DNA of 64,000 nt from an uncultured Bdellovibrionales bacterium (GTDB lineage Bacteria; Bdellovibrionota_C; UBA2361; CAIXSY01): positions 2,799 through 66,798 of the forward strand of contig CAZEAC010000020.1 of NCBI GenBank assembly GCA_964510065.1, given 5' to 3'. A program made the translations under genes and the position numbers. Under the pieces are notes generated by a model. The model was given only the letters and a program-made list of their open reading frames with translations, was not told where the DNA came from and made no database searches. How positions within the stretch are numbered: the first letter of the stretch is position 1; every line of letters starts with the position of its first letter. Shown here piece after piece: positions 44,434 to 53,517 of the stretch.

Positions 44434-44565
44434 ATGGGAAAAGGCGACAAAAAATCTAGACGTGGCAAAATTTATCGTGGCTCCTACGGCAAAACCCGTC
44501 CCCGACCGCAAAAGATTCGCCGTCGCCGCGCCAAGGCGAGCAAGAAAGGAAAGAGCTCGAAGTAA
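44434..44565 (+). CDS. 30S ribosomal protein bTHX
   Basis: 43-aa ORF not in the track: MGKGDKKSRRGKIYRGSYGKTRPRPQKIRRRRAKASKKGKSSK. It closely matches my recollection of Thermus thermophilus THX ([25 protein letters not shown]). Confidence 0.8.
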   Translation: MGKGDKKSRRGKIYRGSYGKTRPRPQKIRRRRAKASKKGKSSK

Positions 44566-44596
44566 ACGGCACTGATCAAATATAGGCTGATCTGCC

Positions 44597-46540
44597 ATGT
44601 GCGGCATCGCCGGGATTGCAAGCAACGAGAAGTCCTGGGTTCACAATTATCTTAGGCCGGTAACGGATGCATTGCATCACCGTGGTCCGGATGATAGCGG
44701 CACATGGCTTCACGAGAATTTACCGCTTGGCTTCGGCCATCGACGGCTATCTATAGTCGATCTCTCGCCAAATGGGCACCAACCAATGCGCTCGCGGAGC
44801 GCCCGGTATACTATTTCCTTTAACGGCGAGGTATTCAATTTCAAAGATCTGCGCGCGACTTTAGAAGCGCTTGGGCATTCATTCCGTGGAACAAGCGACA
44901 CCGAGATAATGCTCGCCGCCTTTGAGCAGTGGGGCGTCGAGCAGGCCGTTCCCCGCTTTGTCGGTATGTTTGCGTTTGCGCTATGGGACGAAAAGGAACA
45001 GCTGCTTACCCTTGTTCGTGATCGCTTAGGAATTAAGCCGCTCTATTTCGGCGTGAACCGCAAGGGACTGCTTTTTGCGTCGGAATTAAAATCGTTTGTA
45101 GCGCATCGTGAATTTCCGCTTGAAATCAACCGCGATGCCGTGGCTCTGCTACTCCGCTACTGCTATATCCCAGCGCCGTACAGCATCTATCACAATGTCG
45201 AAAAACTTGAGGCCGGATCCCTGCTTCAGTTTAAGTTTCAAGATGGCAGCTGGAATCGCCAACCGGCAAGACGCTACTGGGATCTGAAACAGGTCGCACA
45301 TAAAGGAGTTACCAATCGCTTCGCCTTTAACGATCGCGAGGCTGAAGAGGCGCTCGATTCGCTTCTTCGTGAAGTAATCGCACTTCGAATGATCGCCGAT
45401 GTACCGCTCGGTGCGTTCCTCTCGGGCGGAATTGATTCTTCGACTGTCGTCGCAATAATGCAACAGCTGAGCTCTCGCCCTGCGAAGACCTTCTCTATCG
45501 GGTTTAGTGAAGCACACTATAATGAAGCGGACCATGCCCGAGCTGTCGCCGATCACTTAAAAACCGAGCATACTGAGCTCGTCGTTACTCCGGCCGAGGC
45601 GCGCGCGGTAATTCCGATGCTTCCGTCAATGTATGACGAACCGTTTGCCGATTCCTCACAAATTCCAACCTATCTTGTTTCAAAGCTTGCACGAAGCGCA
45701 GTGACAGTGAGCCTTTCGGGCGACGGAGGAGACGAACTCTTTGCAGGCTACCGGCGCTATCCATTGACCAACAAGCTTTGGAGCGTTTTACGTTGCATGC
45801 CGTGTGCGCTGCGCCAACCACTCAGTCACTTTATCGCCACGGGGGTGTCCATGCTTTCTGGGGGCGCTTTGGATGCGGCCGAATCCAAGCTATTCAAGGC
45901 TCGTGGTGGACAGCGCATAGGCGCAAAGCTTTCGAAACTAGCTGAGATTTTCGGCGCGACAAGTGATCTTGAACTTTATCATCGCGCGGTCTCGCACTGG
46001 CGCGACCCTCATAGCATAGTTCTTGGTGCGAAACCGGTCGCGGTAACGCTTGACGATCCGACAGGTATCGCTGAACTTCCTACGCTCTACGAAAAGATGA
46101 TGCTGCTTGATCAGTGCACCTATCTTCCCGACGATATATTAACCAAGGTCGATCGCGCGAGCATGGCAGTGTCGCTTGAAGCGCGCGTGCCACTACTCGA
46201 CCATCGCCTTGTCGAATTCGCGTGGCGCGTGCCGCTCTCGCTAAAGTGCCGGGCAGGAAAGGGTAAGTGGCTGCTTCGAAAAGTGCTCTCGCGCTACATG
46301 CCGGAATCGCTCTTTGAGAGGCCTAAGATGGGGTTCGGCATCCCTGTTGGCGAGTGGTTACGGCACGAACTTCGTGAGTGGGCCGAAGATCTGCTCGCGC
46401 CGGCACGCCTTGCGCGCACGGGATTTTTCAATGTCGAGGAGGTACGCAGGGTCTGGGCCGAACATCTCTCAGGAAAAGCGAATCGGCAGTATCTGCTTTG
46501 GGATGTGCTTATGTTTGAGGCATGGTTGGATTCACGCTAG
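44597..46540 (+). CDS. asnB: asparagine synthase (glutamine-hydrolysing) family amidotransferase
   Basis: N-terminal nucleophile MCGIAGI. GHRRLSIVD. PP-loop SGGIDSS. 647 aa. Confidence 0.9.
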   Translation: MCGIAGIASNEKSWVHNYLRPVTDALHHRGPDDSGTWLHENLPLGFGHRRLSIVDLSPNGHQPMRSRSARYTISFNGEVFNFKDLRATLEALGHSFRGTSDTEIMLAAFEQWGVEQAVPRFVGMFAFALWDEKEQLLTLVRDRLGIKPLYFGVNRKGLLFASELKSFVAHREFPLEINRDAVALLLRYCYIPAPYSIYHNVEKLEAGSLLQFKFQDGSWNRQPARRYWDLKQVAHKGVTNRFAFNDREAEEALDSLLREVIALRMIADVPLGAFLSGGIDSSTVVAIMQQLSSRPAKTFSIGFSEAHYNEADHARAVADHLKTEHTELVVTPAEARAVIPMLPSMYDEPFADSSQIPTYLVSKLARSAVTVSLSGDGGDELFAGYRRYPLTNKLWSVLRCMPCALRQPLSHFIATGVSMLSGGALDAAESKLFKARGGQRIGAKLSKLAEIFGATSDLELYHRAVSHWRDPHSIVLGAKPVAVTLDDPTGIAELPTLYEKMMLLDQCTYLPDDILTKVDRASMAVSLEARVPLLDHRLVEFAWRVPLSLKCRAGKGKWLLRKVLSRYMPESLFERPKMGFGIPVGEWLRHELREWAEDLLAPARLARTGFFNVEEVRRVWAEHLSGKANRQYLLWDVLMFEAWLDSR

Positions 46541-46679
46541 TACACTGTAACCGAAGTAACCGTGCCTTCCCCTCGCCTCTATCTCTGTGACTCTGTGGTT
46601 TATTTTTCTTAAAAAAACCACAGAGTCACGGAGAACACAGAGCGAGGAAAGTAAGAGTATTTCGGTTACAGTGCACTAG
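46537..46679. repeat. 143-bp MITE-like nested palindrome, copy 3 of the repeat family
   Basis: 19-nt terminal inverted repeats CTAGTACACTGTAACCGAA and TTCGGTTACAGTGCACTAG pair at 18 of 19 positions. Inner core arms are CTCTGTGACTCTGTGGTTT (46583-46601) and AAACCACAGAGTCACGGAG (46615-46633). Confidence 0.75.
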
Positions 46680-46825
46680 GCTCCTGCTCAAGGAATTTTG
46701 AATAAATATCTAAAGGACTTAAATCGCTGCGTCGATAGGGCTTAGCGGGAGCATTCTACTCAGTTAGAGTAAGACTTGGCCAACTGCTATAATTAAAAGA
46801 AAAGATCTTTGAAGGGGAGCTAAAG

Positions 46826-47413
46826 ATGCGGTTTGTAAGAGGTTATTGCCGTTTTTCTCGCGTATCGTTTTTAACACTTCTAGCTGCAGGACTTGCCATT
46901 GTAGGCACTTCAGCGCTTGCCGCGGGGACAAGCTCCACTACTACTACCACTGGGACCACTAGTTCAACGAAACCACCGACGACGACCACCACCTCAGTTA
47001 CAACTACTTCACGCAGCACTACTTCATCGTCTACGTCTTCGAGTAGCATCACTACCACTTCTCTCAAGTGCGAGGACCAAACCAGTGAGGAGACAAACGA
47101 AATAGGTGGGGTTCTCTGCACCGGATGTAGTAGCTGCGGCAAGCCTGGCTTCTTTTCTGATTGCGATTGGGACAAGGGAGATGACAAGTTTCTATGTCCT
47201 GATCCAGGCGATTGCCCCACATGCTGCACCGGCGGTGAAGATCAATCAGCAACGCTCGAAGATGCGTGTGCCCACGCCAAAGCTGCCGTTAACGATCCAC
47301 CATCGTGCGCAAGCGGTTGCACGGCAGGTGCCGTTACTGGCCCTACTACTGAGCACGGCTCAGATAGTTTGAGCTGCACCGCAAAAAAGACGCGGCCCTG
47401 CTCCAAGCCTTAA
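46826..47413 (+). CDS. secreted Thr/Ser-rich, Cys-rich small protein
   Basis: Signal peptide (LTLLAAGLAIVGTSALAAG). About 50-aa T/S tract, then a ~110-aa domain with 14 Cys (CTGCSSCGKPG, CPDPGDCPTCCTGG). GGGGAG Shine-Dalgarno. Confidence 0.6.
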   Translation: MRFVRGYCRFSRVSFLTLLAAGLAIVGTSALAAGTSSTTTTTGTTSSTKPPTTTTTSVTTTSRSTTSSSTSSSSITTTSLKCEDQTSEETNEIGGVLCTGCSSCGKPGFFSDCDWDKGDDKFLCPDPGDCPTCCTGGEDQSATLEDACAHAKAAVNDPPSCASGCTAGAVTGPTTEHGSDSLSCTAKKTRPCSKP

Positions 47414-47431
47414 TTGAAGCGATTCTGATCG

Positions 47432-48130
47432 CTACCGAGCGGCAATGTGGACATATGATCTATGTATCATTCCTTCTCGCTCGTAGAACAAAGAGAAGGA
47501 GGTATTCTTAGTCTTAATAAAACCCACAAACACATCACCTGTGTCATTTATTGGCCTTTCATTAAAGCTAAGAATAACGTCTCCGTTTTGTAAACCGATT
47601 TTTCCCACAAGACTCTCGCTATCTACTTCTACAAGCTTTAAAATTGATGAGCCATCAGCCCGTTTTATTAATTGCTGTTTACTTTGCCCGAAAACACTCT
47701 TTCCTTTTCTATCACTTACATAGTCCCTAAGGCCTTCATTGGAAAATTCATAGGTTTTTTGAGACCAAGGAGTACCTTCATCAGGTAATCTATTTCTCTT
47801 ACTTGGAGCCTCATCCACTTTGCAATCCTTACATTCAGTACCACCGAGAAGCGTCAATTCAATGACAGCGCCATCGAGACCCTTTAGGGTCACTGAATTT
47901 CTTCGTATACTAGTGACGACTCCCAGAGCAGGAATTTTCTCACCAATCTTAAATACCTCCTGGGATCCACTGGCACTGTCCTCGAGAATTAATTGAGGTG
48001 AGTCCTCAAGTATAGTCCCTACAAGGCGCCACTCTGCAAACAAGCTCGAGATAGGCAAGACAATCGTAGACACAAAAATAATTTGGAAATATACGTTCTG
48101 AGCAATCCTCATCATTTCGCAAATAAACAC
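47432..48130 (-). CDS. membrane-anchored PDZ-domain protein (GspC/PilP-like)
   Basis: N-terminal TM segment. HR-like segment WRLVGTIL...FKIGEKIPALGVVTSIRRNSVTLKGLDGAVIELTL. PDZ-like GLQNGDVILSFNERPIND. Confidence 0.5.
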   Translation of the reverse strand: MFICEMMRIAQNVYFQIIFVSTIVLPISSLFAEWRLVGTILEDSPQLILEDSASGSQEVFKIGEKIPALGVVTSIRRNSVTLKGLDGAVIELTLLGGTECKDCKVDEAPSKRNRLPDEGTPWSQKTYEFSNEGLRDYVSDRKGKSVFGQSKQQLIKRADGSSILKLVEVDSESLVGKIGLQNGDVILSFNERPINDTGDVFVGFIKTKNTSFSLFYEREGMIHRSYVHIAAR

Positions 48131-48176
48131 TTCTCGTTAAAAATAGTCGTGACTCAACTTTATAAAAGGACGAAGC

Positions 48177-48557
48177 TCACACTGCACTATTTTTTTCAAG
48201 TCGTAAATAAGCTTCGCACGAACCACACCTCTGAAACAACGGCCACTCCGGCCGAGAAGGCAAAAGCGAATTCGCCGCACCACACGCCGGGCACTCAAGC
48301 ACTTCAGCGGTAATGAGAACAGTCTCACGCCACTTAAAAAAGGCGCCGATTACGCCGCCAATGAGAAAAATCGGTGGCAACACAAAATGGAGTCCTGGAA
48401 TGAGAATTGTCGGCACTGCAATAGCCCAACAGATTGCTAATATCTTAAGTGCGCGAAATGCTCTTTCTCGCACGGTCCAATGCTGGCTATTTACTTCGCC
48501 CGGTTGCTCCTTAGCACCTTCGGCAACAATTCTTACGGATAGTTTTTCGACTTTCAT
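48177..48557 (-). CDS. membrane protein with C-terminal zinc-ribbon (CPAC...CGSC)
   Basis: Two TM helices, then ECPACGAANS...RCGSCEAYL. Confidence 0.45.
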   Translation of the reverse strand: MKVEKLSVRIVAEGAKEQPGEVNSQHWTVRERAFRALKILAICWAIAVPTILIPGLHFVLPPIFLIGGVIGAFFKWRETVLITAEVLECPACGAANSLLPSRPEWPLFQRCGSCEAYLRLEKNSAV

Positions 48558-48640
48558 TCCTCGCTCAGGCTAGCCTCAAAAATAATCTTCGGAAACGATC
48601 TCTAGCAATCCCCAAAGATTAGGTGCCTAATGCGCCGGAC

Positions 48641-49099
48641 CTATCTCGTGCCAAAAGCGTATTCGCCATGAATATACCGTTCAAGCTCATCTATCACAAA
48701 AATTTGGTCAGCTATCAACGACTTGACCACATCACCGATCGAAATAATTCCGATCAACTCGCCGCTATCATCGACAAGTAGATGCCGCGCCCTAAATGTG
48801 GTCATCATCTGGAAACAGCGCTCCACCGTCGCCTGTGGGTCCACCGTCACAAAATCTTCATCCATGACTTCGGAAACGACCGTACTGTCAACATTTCGCC
48901 CCAAGGCGATACCTCGACGCACGCACTCGCGCTCAGAAAGAATCCCCACATGAACGCCACGCTCCACTACGACAAGGCTTCCTACACCATGCCTTGCCAT
49001 TAAGAGCGCGGCGCTTCGAAGTGAAGCCTGCGGCGACACGCTAAATATTTCGGGAACTTCCTTCTGGGCCAATATTTGGGCAACGGTTGTCTCAAGCAT
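48641..49099 (-). CDS. CBS domain pair protein
   Basis: Two CBS repeats (MARHGVGSLVVVERGVHVGILSERE; RARHLLVDDSGELIGIISIGDVVK). Confidence 0.85.
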   Translation of the reverse strand: MLETTVAQILAQKEVPEIFSVSPQASLRSAALLMARHGVGSLVVVERGVHVGILSERECVRRGIALGRNVDSTVVSEVMDEDFVTVDPQATVERCFQMMTTFRARHLLVDDSGELIGIISIGDVVKSLIADQIFVIDELERYIHGEYAFGTR

Positions 49100-49300
49100 A
49101 ATTGGTGCTCCTTGTAAGAGTAGTACTAATTGTGAATTACAACAGACTGCGGGCCGGGATAGTTACGACAGTAGCCTATCTTTGCGACGATCGGCAAAAA
49201 AAGATCCTCGGGCGAAGAATATCACTTTGGAATGCCGGAAAATCAGCTAGAACGATCAGATCGCACACCAGAGCTATGCCCTGGTCAGATGTGCGAGTCA

Positions 49301-50053
49301 TTACACCGCGACCCTGGTGCTGTCCACTTTGCGCGAAGTTACGATCTCCCGCGAGCCGGGCGGTGCAAATGGAATGAGAGCGACTGAACGCGAGGCAATC
49401 TGCGTAAGCTGTCGATCAGCACCAAGTGCTTCGACAAGCACGGCCACCGCGGACAGCGCTCGTTGACGATCAACAATTGTAAGCGCAGTCATAAAAATTA
49501 ATTTACAATCAAGCCATAATGTTTGGTTCCGAATGTAGAGAAGTCCGAGCCTGCTCTTCCACGGCCGTATTCGCTGGTTATAGTCAAGGTCGGGGTCTTT
49601 GCTATCACGAAGAATTTCTCCCTCATCGGCGAATACAATTGAAGCGATATCAGTTATGCCCGGCTTTAGCTTCAAGAGCTCACGTTCTTCCTCAGTGTAA
49701 AGATCGGTCTCGCGCTTTACATTCGGTCGTGGACCAACGAGGCTCATATCTCCTCGCAGTACATTCAGAAGCTGTGAAAGTTCGTCTATTTTACATTTGC
49801 GGATGAAATGACCAACTTTGGTGATACGCATATCTGATGCCGAAGTCGAATCCACCCCGCTCTTATCAGCGCCCTTCACCATTGAGCGAATTTTGATCAT
49901 TTTAAATTCACGTCCATTCTCTCCGACGCGATTCGCCACATAAAAAGGGCTGCAGTAATCTTGTAGCCATACGAGCAGCATCGCGCCAATGAGGACCGGA
50001 GAGGTAAGCAGCAGAATTACTGATGAAATTACTACATCAAAGACTCGCTTCAT
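49301..50053 (-). CDS. undecaprenyl-phosphate sugar-phosphate transferase (PglC/WbaP C-terminal type)
   Basis: Single N-terminal re-entrant helix. KFRSM-like MIKIRSM. LRGDMSLVGPRP. Confidence 0.85.
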   Translation of the reverse strand: MKRVFDVVISSVILLLTSPVLIGAMLLVWLQDYCSPFYVANRVGENGREFKMIKIRSMVKGADKSGVDSTSASDMRITKVGHFIRKCKIDELSQLLNVLRGDMSLVGPRPNVKRETDLYTEEERELLKLKPGITDIASIVFADEGEILRDSKDPDLDYNQRIRPWKSRLGLLYIRNQTLWLDCKLIFMTALTIVDRQRALSAVAVLVEALGADRQLTQIASRSVALIPFAPPGSREIVTSRKVDSTRVAV

Positions 50054-51201
50054 AATTCACCCTCCACATTGGAGCGTCCTTTTCCACCGATACTCTTCCT
50101 TTTACCTACTTTCGCACTTAAACGCCGACTATCCTTCTTAGTATCAAGCTTTATCTGCGCACGCCCACTCCCTCGAGCTCGTTCGCTTTGCACCAATATC
50201 TGCGCCCGTAAGCTTGGCGCGAACATAGAAGCCACCTTTTTGACAACATCATCAGCGCTTGGGTAGTAGATCTGCTCAAGTACCTTACTCGTCGGCGCAG
50301 AAGCATTCGGGAGCGTTATCCTACATGGTGCCGCACGCCAACTTGTCGGAAGCAACGCCTCCGAAACTGCGGCGACTAACTCTCCGGCAAGCCCGCAATT
50401 CTGCCATCCACCGTCGACGGCGCAAAGTCTTCCTGTTCGTCGTACTGATTCGATGATGCTGGATACATCAAGCGGATTTATTACACGCAGATCGATTACT
50501 TCTGCCTCGATTCCTTGCATCGAAAGCTTCTGCGCCGCGTCAAGACAGAGCTTGGTACTATAACTCGCGCCGACGAGTGTGATAGCATCACCTGATCGTA
50601 GGCAACGCGGCGACTCAAGTTCGAGCTTACCGACCTGTACCGGCGGAAGTACGGCTCGCTCCGCATAGAGCCAGCGATCATCGATATATACTACTGGTCC
50701 ATCATATAACACGCTTTCTATAAGGAGATCGCGCGCATCTTGCACCGTCGCCGGCAAGACCACGCGAAGTCCCGGTATATGCGCAAACCAGGAATGTAGC
50801 GCTTGTGAGTGCTGCGCACCCTGTTCGCCGCCGCGATTCACTATGCCACGAATGGTAACTCTCGGCACAGCCTGACCGCCGAACATCGCGGCCCATTTTG
50901 CTGCCTGATTCACGATCTGATCGACGGCCAAGATCATGAAATCAACTCTCGGGTGCACGACCACTGCTCTGTAGCCGCACAGTCCAGCGCCAAGCGCCGC
51001 ACCAGTACAGCCATTCTCGGAAACAGGAGAATCAATTATTCTATCGATGCCAAACTCCTTATCAAGGTCTTGCATCGAGTTACCGACATACCATGGCGCC
51101 CAAAGCCCTTGGCCGATTACGAACACTTCACGATGATGCGCGAGGAGGTATCGAAATCCTTCGCAAATCGCCTCGCCATAACTTATTTCTTTGGCACTCA
51201 T
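50050..51201 (-). CDS. TPP-dependent E1 beta-like (transketolase-type) subunit with Lys-rich tail
   Basis: RIIDSPVSENGCTGAALGAGLCG and PVVYIDD plus the transketolase C-terminal domain. ATGA overlaps on both sides. Confidence 0.85.
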   Translation of the reverse strand: MSAKEISYGEAICEGFRYLLAHHREVFVIGQGLWAPWYVGNSMQDLDKEFGIDRIIDSPVSENGCTGAALGAGLCGYRAVVVHPRVDFMILAVDQIVNQAAKWAAMFGGQAVPRVTIRGIVNRGGEQGAQHSQALHSWFAHIPGLRVVLPATVQDARDLLIESVLYDGPVVYIDDRWLYAERAVLPPVQVGKLELESPRCLRSGDAITLVGASYSTKLCLDAAQKLSMQGIEAEVIDLRVINPLDVSSIIESVRRTGRLCAVDGGWQNCGLAGELVAAVSEALLPTSWRAAPCRITLPNASAPTSKVLEQIYYPSADDVVKKVASMFAPSLRAQILVQSERARGSGRAQIKLDTKKDSRRLSAKVGKRKSIGGKGRSNVEGEL

Positions 51202-52277
51202 GATTGAAGGAAGACCGTGTTTATTAGCTGATTAGTTGGCGGATAGGGATCCCTTCGCGCCGTTTCGACCGCGCTCTGCACTAATTCTTGCTCCTCCTGT
51301 TCAAGCGTTAAAAAATCTTTTGCGCTCATTGTGCGCGCAGTAAGAAGAGCCTCTTTCAATCTTGCAATCGGATCACGTTTTTTCCACGCGGCAATATCTT
51401 CTTCCTTTCGCCTAAGTCCCACATCAACATTCTCATCGGGACCAACGTGTCCGCACCAACGAAAAGTCACCGCTTCAAGAAATACCGGCCGTCTTTTTTC
51501 ACGTGCGGTCCGAAGAAGTGTACGCGCTGCCCTCGATACCGCAGCAACATCATTTCCATCTACCAGGAGCGATTCAATTCGATGCGCTACTGCAAAGCGC
51601 GAGACAAGGTCACTCGGTTGACGAAGCTTTATATCGAGATGGCTTGAATAGAGATTATTCTCGCACACAAAGATCACTGGAAGCTGCTGGGTGGCTGCAA
51701 GATTCAAGCTCTCATGAAAACTGCCCTCTTCGCTCGAACCATCGCCGAAATAACTCACGGCCACGGCATCTCCACGATCGAATTTGAGTGCGATTGCTGC
51801 CCCCACAGCTATTGGAATCGTTGCCGCGACAATTGGTACCGATCCCATAAATCCGATAGAAGGATCAAAAAGATGCATTGAACCGCCCATTCCCCTCGAG
51901 CAGCCAGTGATTTTCCCCAATACCTCGGCAATAAGTGCCCGCACATCTCCGCCAAGTGCGAGAAAATGCGCATGCGAACGGTGCGCGCCGAAAACCTTAT
52001 CGTTGGGCGTTAATGCACAAGATACTCCCGTCGCAATTGCCTCCTGACCGATGCCCAAATGGCACGGACAACGTGCTTCGCCGCTTCGCACGAGCTCTCC
52101 GATCGCCTCTTCGCAATAGCGGATGCGAAGCATCGTTCGTAGAAATTGGCTTGCTTCCTTGGGCTCAAGCTCCTCAAGCAATACAGGAGCGGCAAACTGC
52201 TCCGGGTCGGCGAACGCAGCGAGATATTCTCTCTGACGCGGATCGACGATTGCACTTTCTCCTGCCACTCGATTCAC
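51198..52277 (-). CDS. TPP-dependent E1 alpha-like subunit
   Basis: CPCHLGIGQEAIATG and the TPP motif GDGSSEEGSFHESLNLAATQQLPVIFVCENN. Confidence 0.85.
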   Translation of the reverse strand: MNRVAGESAIVDPRQREYLAAFADPEQFAAPVLLEELEPKEASQFLRTMLRIRYCEEAIGELVRSGEARCPCHLGIGQEAIATGVSCALTPNDKVFGAHRSHAHFLALGGDVRALIAEVLGKITGCSRGMGGSMHLFDPSIGFMGSVPIVAATIPIAVGAAIALKFDRGDAVAVSYFGDGSSEEGSFHESLNLAATQQLPVIFVCENNLYSSHLDIKLRQPSDLVSRFAVAHRIESLLVDGNDVAAVSRAARTLLRTAREKRRPVFLEAVTFRWCGHVGPDENVDVGLRRKEEDIAAWKKRDPIARLKEALLTARTMSAKDFLTLEQEEQELVQSAVETARRDPYPPTNQLINTVFLQS

Positions 52278-52288
52278 TCCTCTTGAAC

Positions 52289-53400
52289 CTAACTCTTATA
52301 AAACGCGCGAATCGTATCGGTGATGTATGTCACGTCATCGTCGCTAAGAGTAATATTCATCGGCAACATAAAACAGCGCGCAAACAATCGATCGGTAGCA
52401 GGAAGTCCCTCGGTGCTCAGTTCAAGCCCTTTAAGTTGGTGCAGCGCCTTCCCGGCCCATTGAATAATGGTATGCACACCATGTTCCGTCAAATATGCCC
52501 GGAGCTTCTCACGCTGACCTGCTTCAAGCTCATAGTTCTGATACACATCAAAGTGCCGATCCTCCTCTGGAGCGGGAGGAAGGGTGAGATCCGATATATC
52601 GCGAAGCGCCGCCTCATAGCGTGCCGCTATCTCTCTACGACGTGTTATTGCTTTTTCGAAGCTTTTTAATTTGTGATCGAGAATTGCCGCCTGAAGATTA
52701 TCGAGTCGCGCATTCGTACCCCAGCACACCACATCTCCGCTACTATCGCGGCCATGATCGCGAAGTTTATATACCTTATCTGCGATCTCATCATCATTGG
52801 TGACCACCGCACCGCCGTCGCCAAAACAACCCAGAACCTTTGCCGGATAGAAGCTAAAAGTCCCGCATGCACCGAACGTTCCTGCGGATTTTCCTTTGAA
52901 CTTCGAACCAAGCGCCTGCGCCGCATCTTCAATGACCCTAAGCCCGTGCTTTTTTGCGATGCCAAGTATCTGATCCATATCACAGGTGCGGCCATTAAGC
53001 TGAACCGGCATGAGCGCCTTTGTTCTCTTGGAAATTCTGCGTTCGATCGATTTCGGATCAACCATGTGATCCGCTGCGCAATCGGCGAGAATCGGCGTCG
53101 CGCCGACGAGGTGAATCGAAGCCGCCGACGCGACATAGGTGTGGGACGGCACGATAACCTCATCACCCTTCCCAATGCCCATTGCCATGAGGCCGAGGAT
53201 CAACGCATTGGTGCCGTCGGCCACTCCAATTGCGTGCTTGACTTTGAGAAAGCTCTGCAGGTTCTGTTCGAACTCTTTCAAGTCCTTCTGAAGTATATAG
53301 GCGCCTCGTGAACACACGTCGCGAATAACCGACATGAGCTGCTGCTCGTCGGCTTTAAAAAGGGCAGGATAGTTGAAAAATGGGATCTTACGCGCTTCCA
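52289..53400 (-). CDS. DegT/DnrJ/EryC1/StrS family sugar aminotransferase
   Basis: IPFFNYPALF start. GDEVIVPSHTYVASA. PLP-Lys region FSFYPAKVLG. Start set at ATG 53400; the track ORF extends to 53467. Confidence 0.9.
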
Positions 53401-53517
53401 TGCTCGAAACGATAAAACACTTTTTCCGGCTTAGCGAGATGAATATTAAAAAGATAGCTCCGCACATGCGGCGCCCTTGAAATCCGTAAGTGCCTCATTT
53501 TTGGGGTAGGCGAGCCT

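Noticed and set aside
44323-44625. 100-aa minus-strand ORF listed in the track.
   Set aside because: Its C-terminus is the translation of the palindromic repeat (HRDTESTE), and the rest is antisense to the well-supported bTHX gene and the asnB start.
14863-46679. Whether the three CTCYGTGNCTCTGYGGTT palindromes could be CRISPR repeats.
   Set aside because: The copies are 30 kb and 2 kb apart rather than in a regularly spaced array. Each is itself an inverted pair, and no cas genes are present.
44434-47413. A lasso-peptide/RiPP-like cluster (small basic ORF, asparagine-synthase homologue, Cys-rich small protein).
   Set aside because: The small ORF is ribosomal bTHX. The AsnB homologue keeps the MCGI N-terminal nucleophile and the full glutaminase domain expected of true amidotransferases. 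No leader peptidase (B protein) or dedicated exporter is adjacent.
51935-53311. Long plus-strand ORFs (244 and 212 aa) and an alternative-frame minus ORF (169 aa) over the E1-alpha and DegT genes.
   Set aside because: The annotated frames contain TPP and PLP-enzyme motifs. The alternatives are low-complexity shadow frames.
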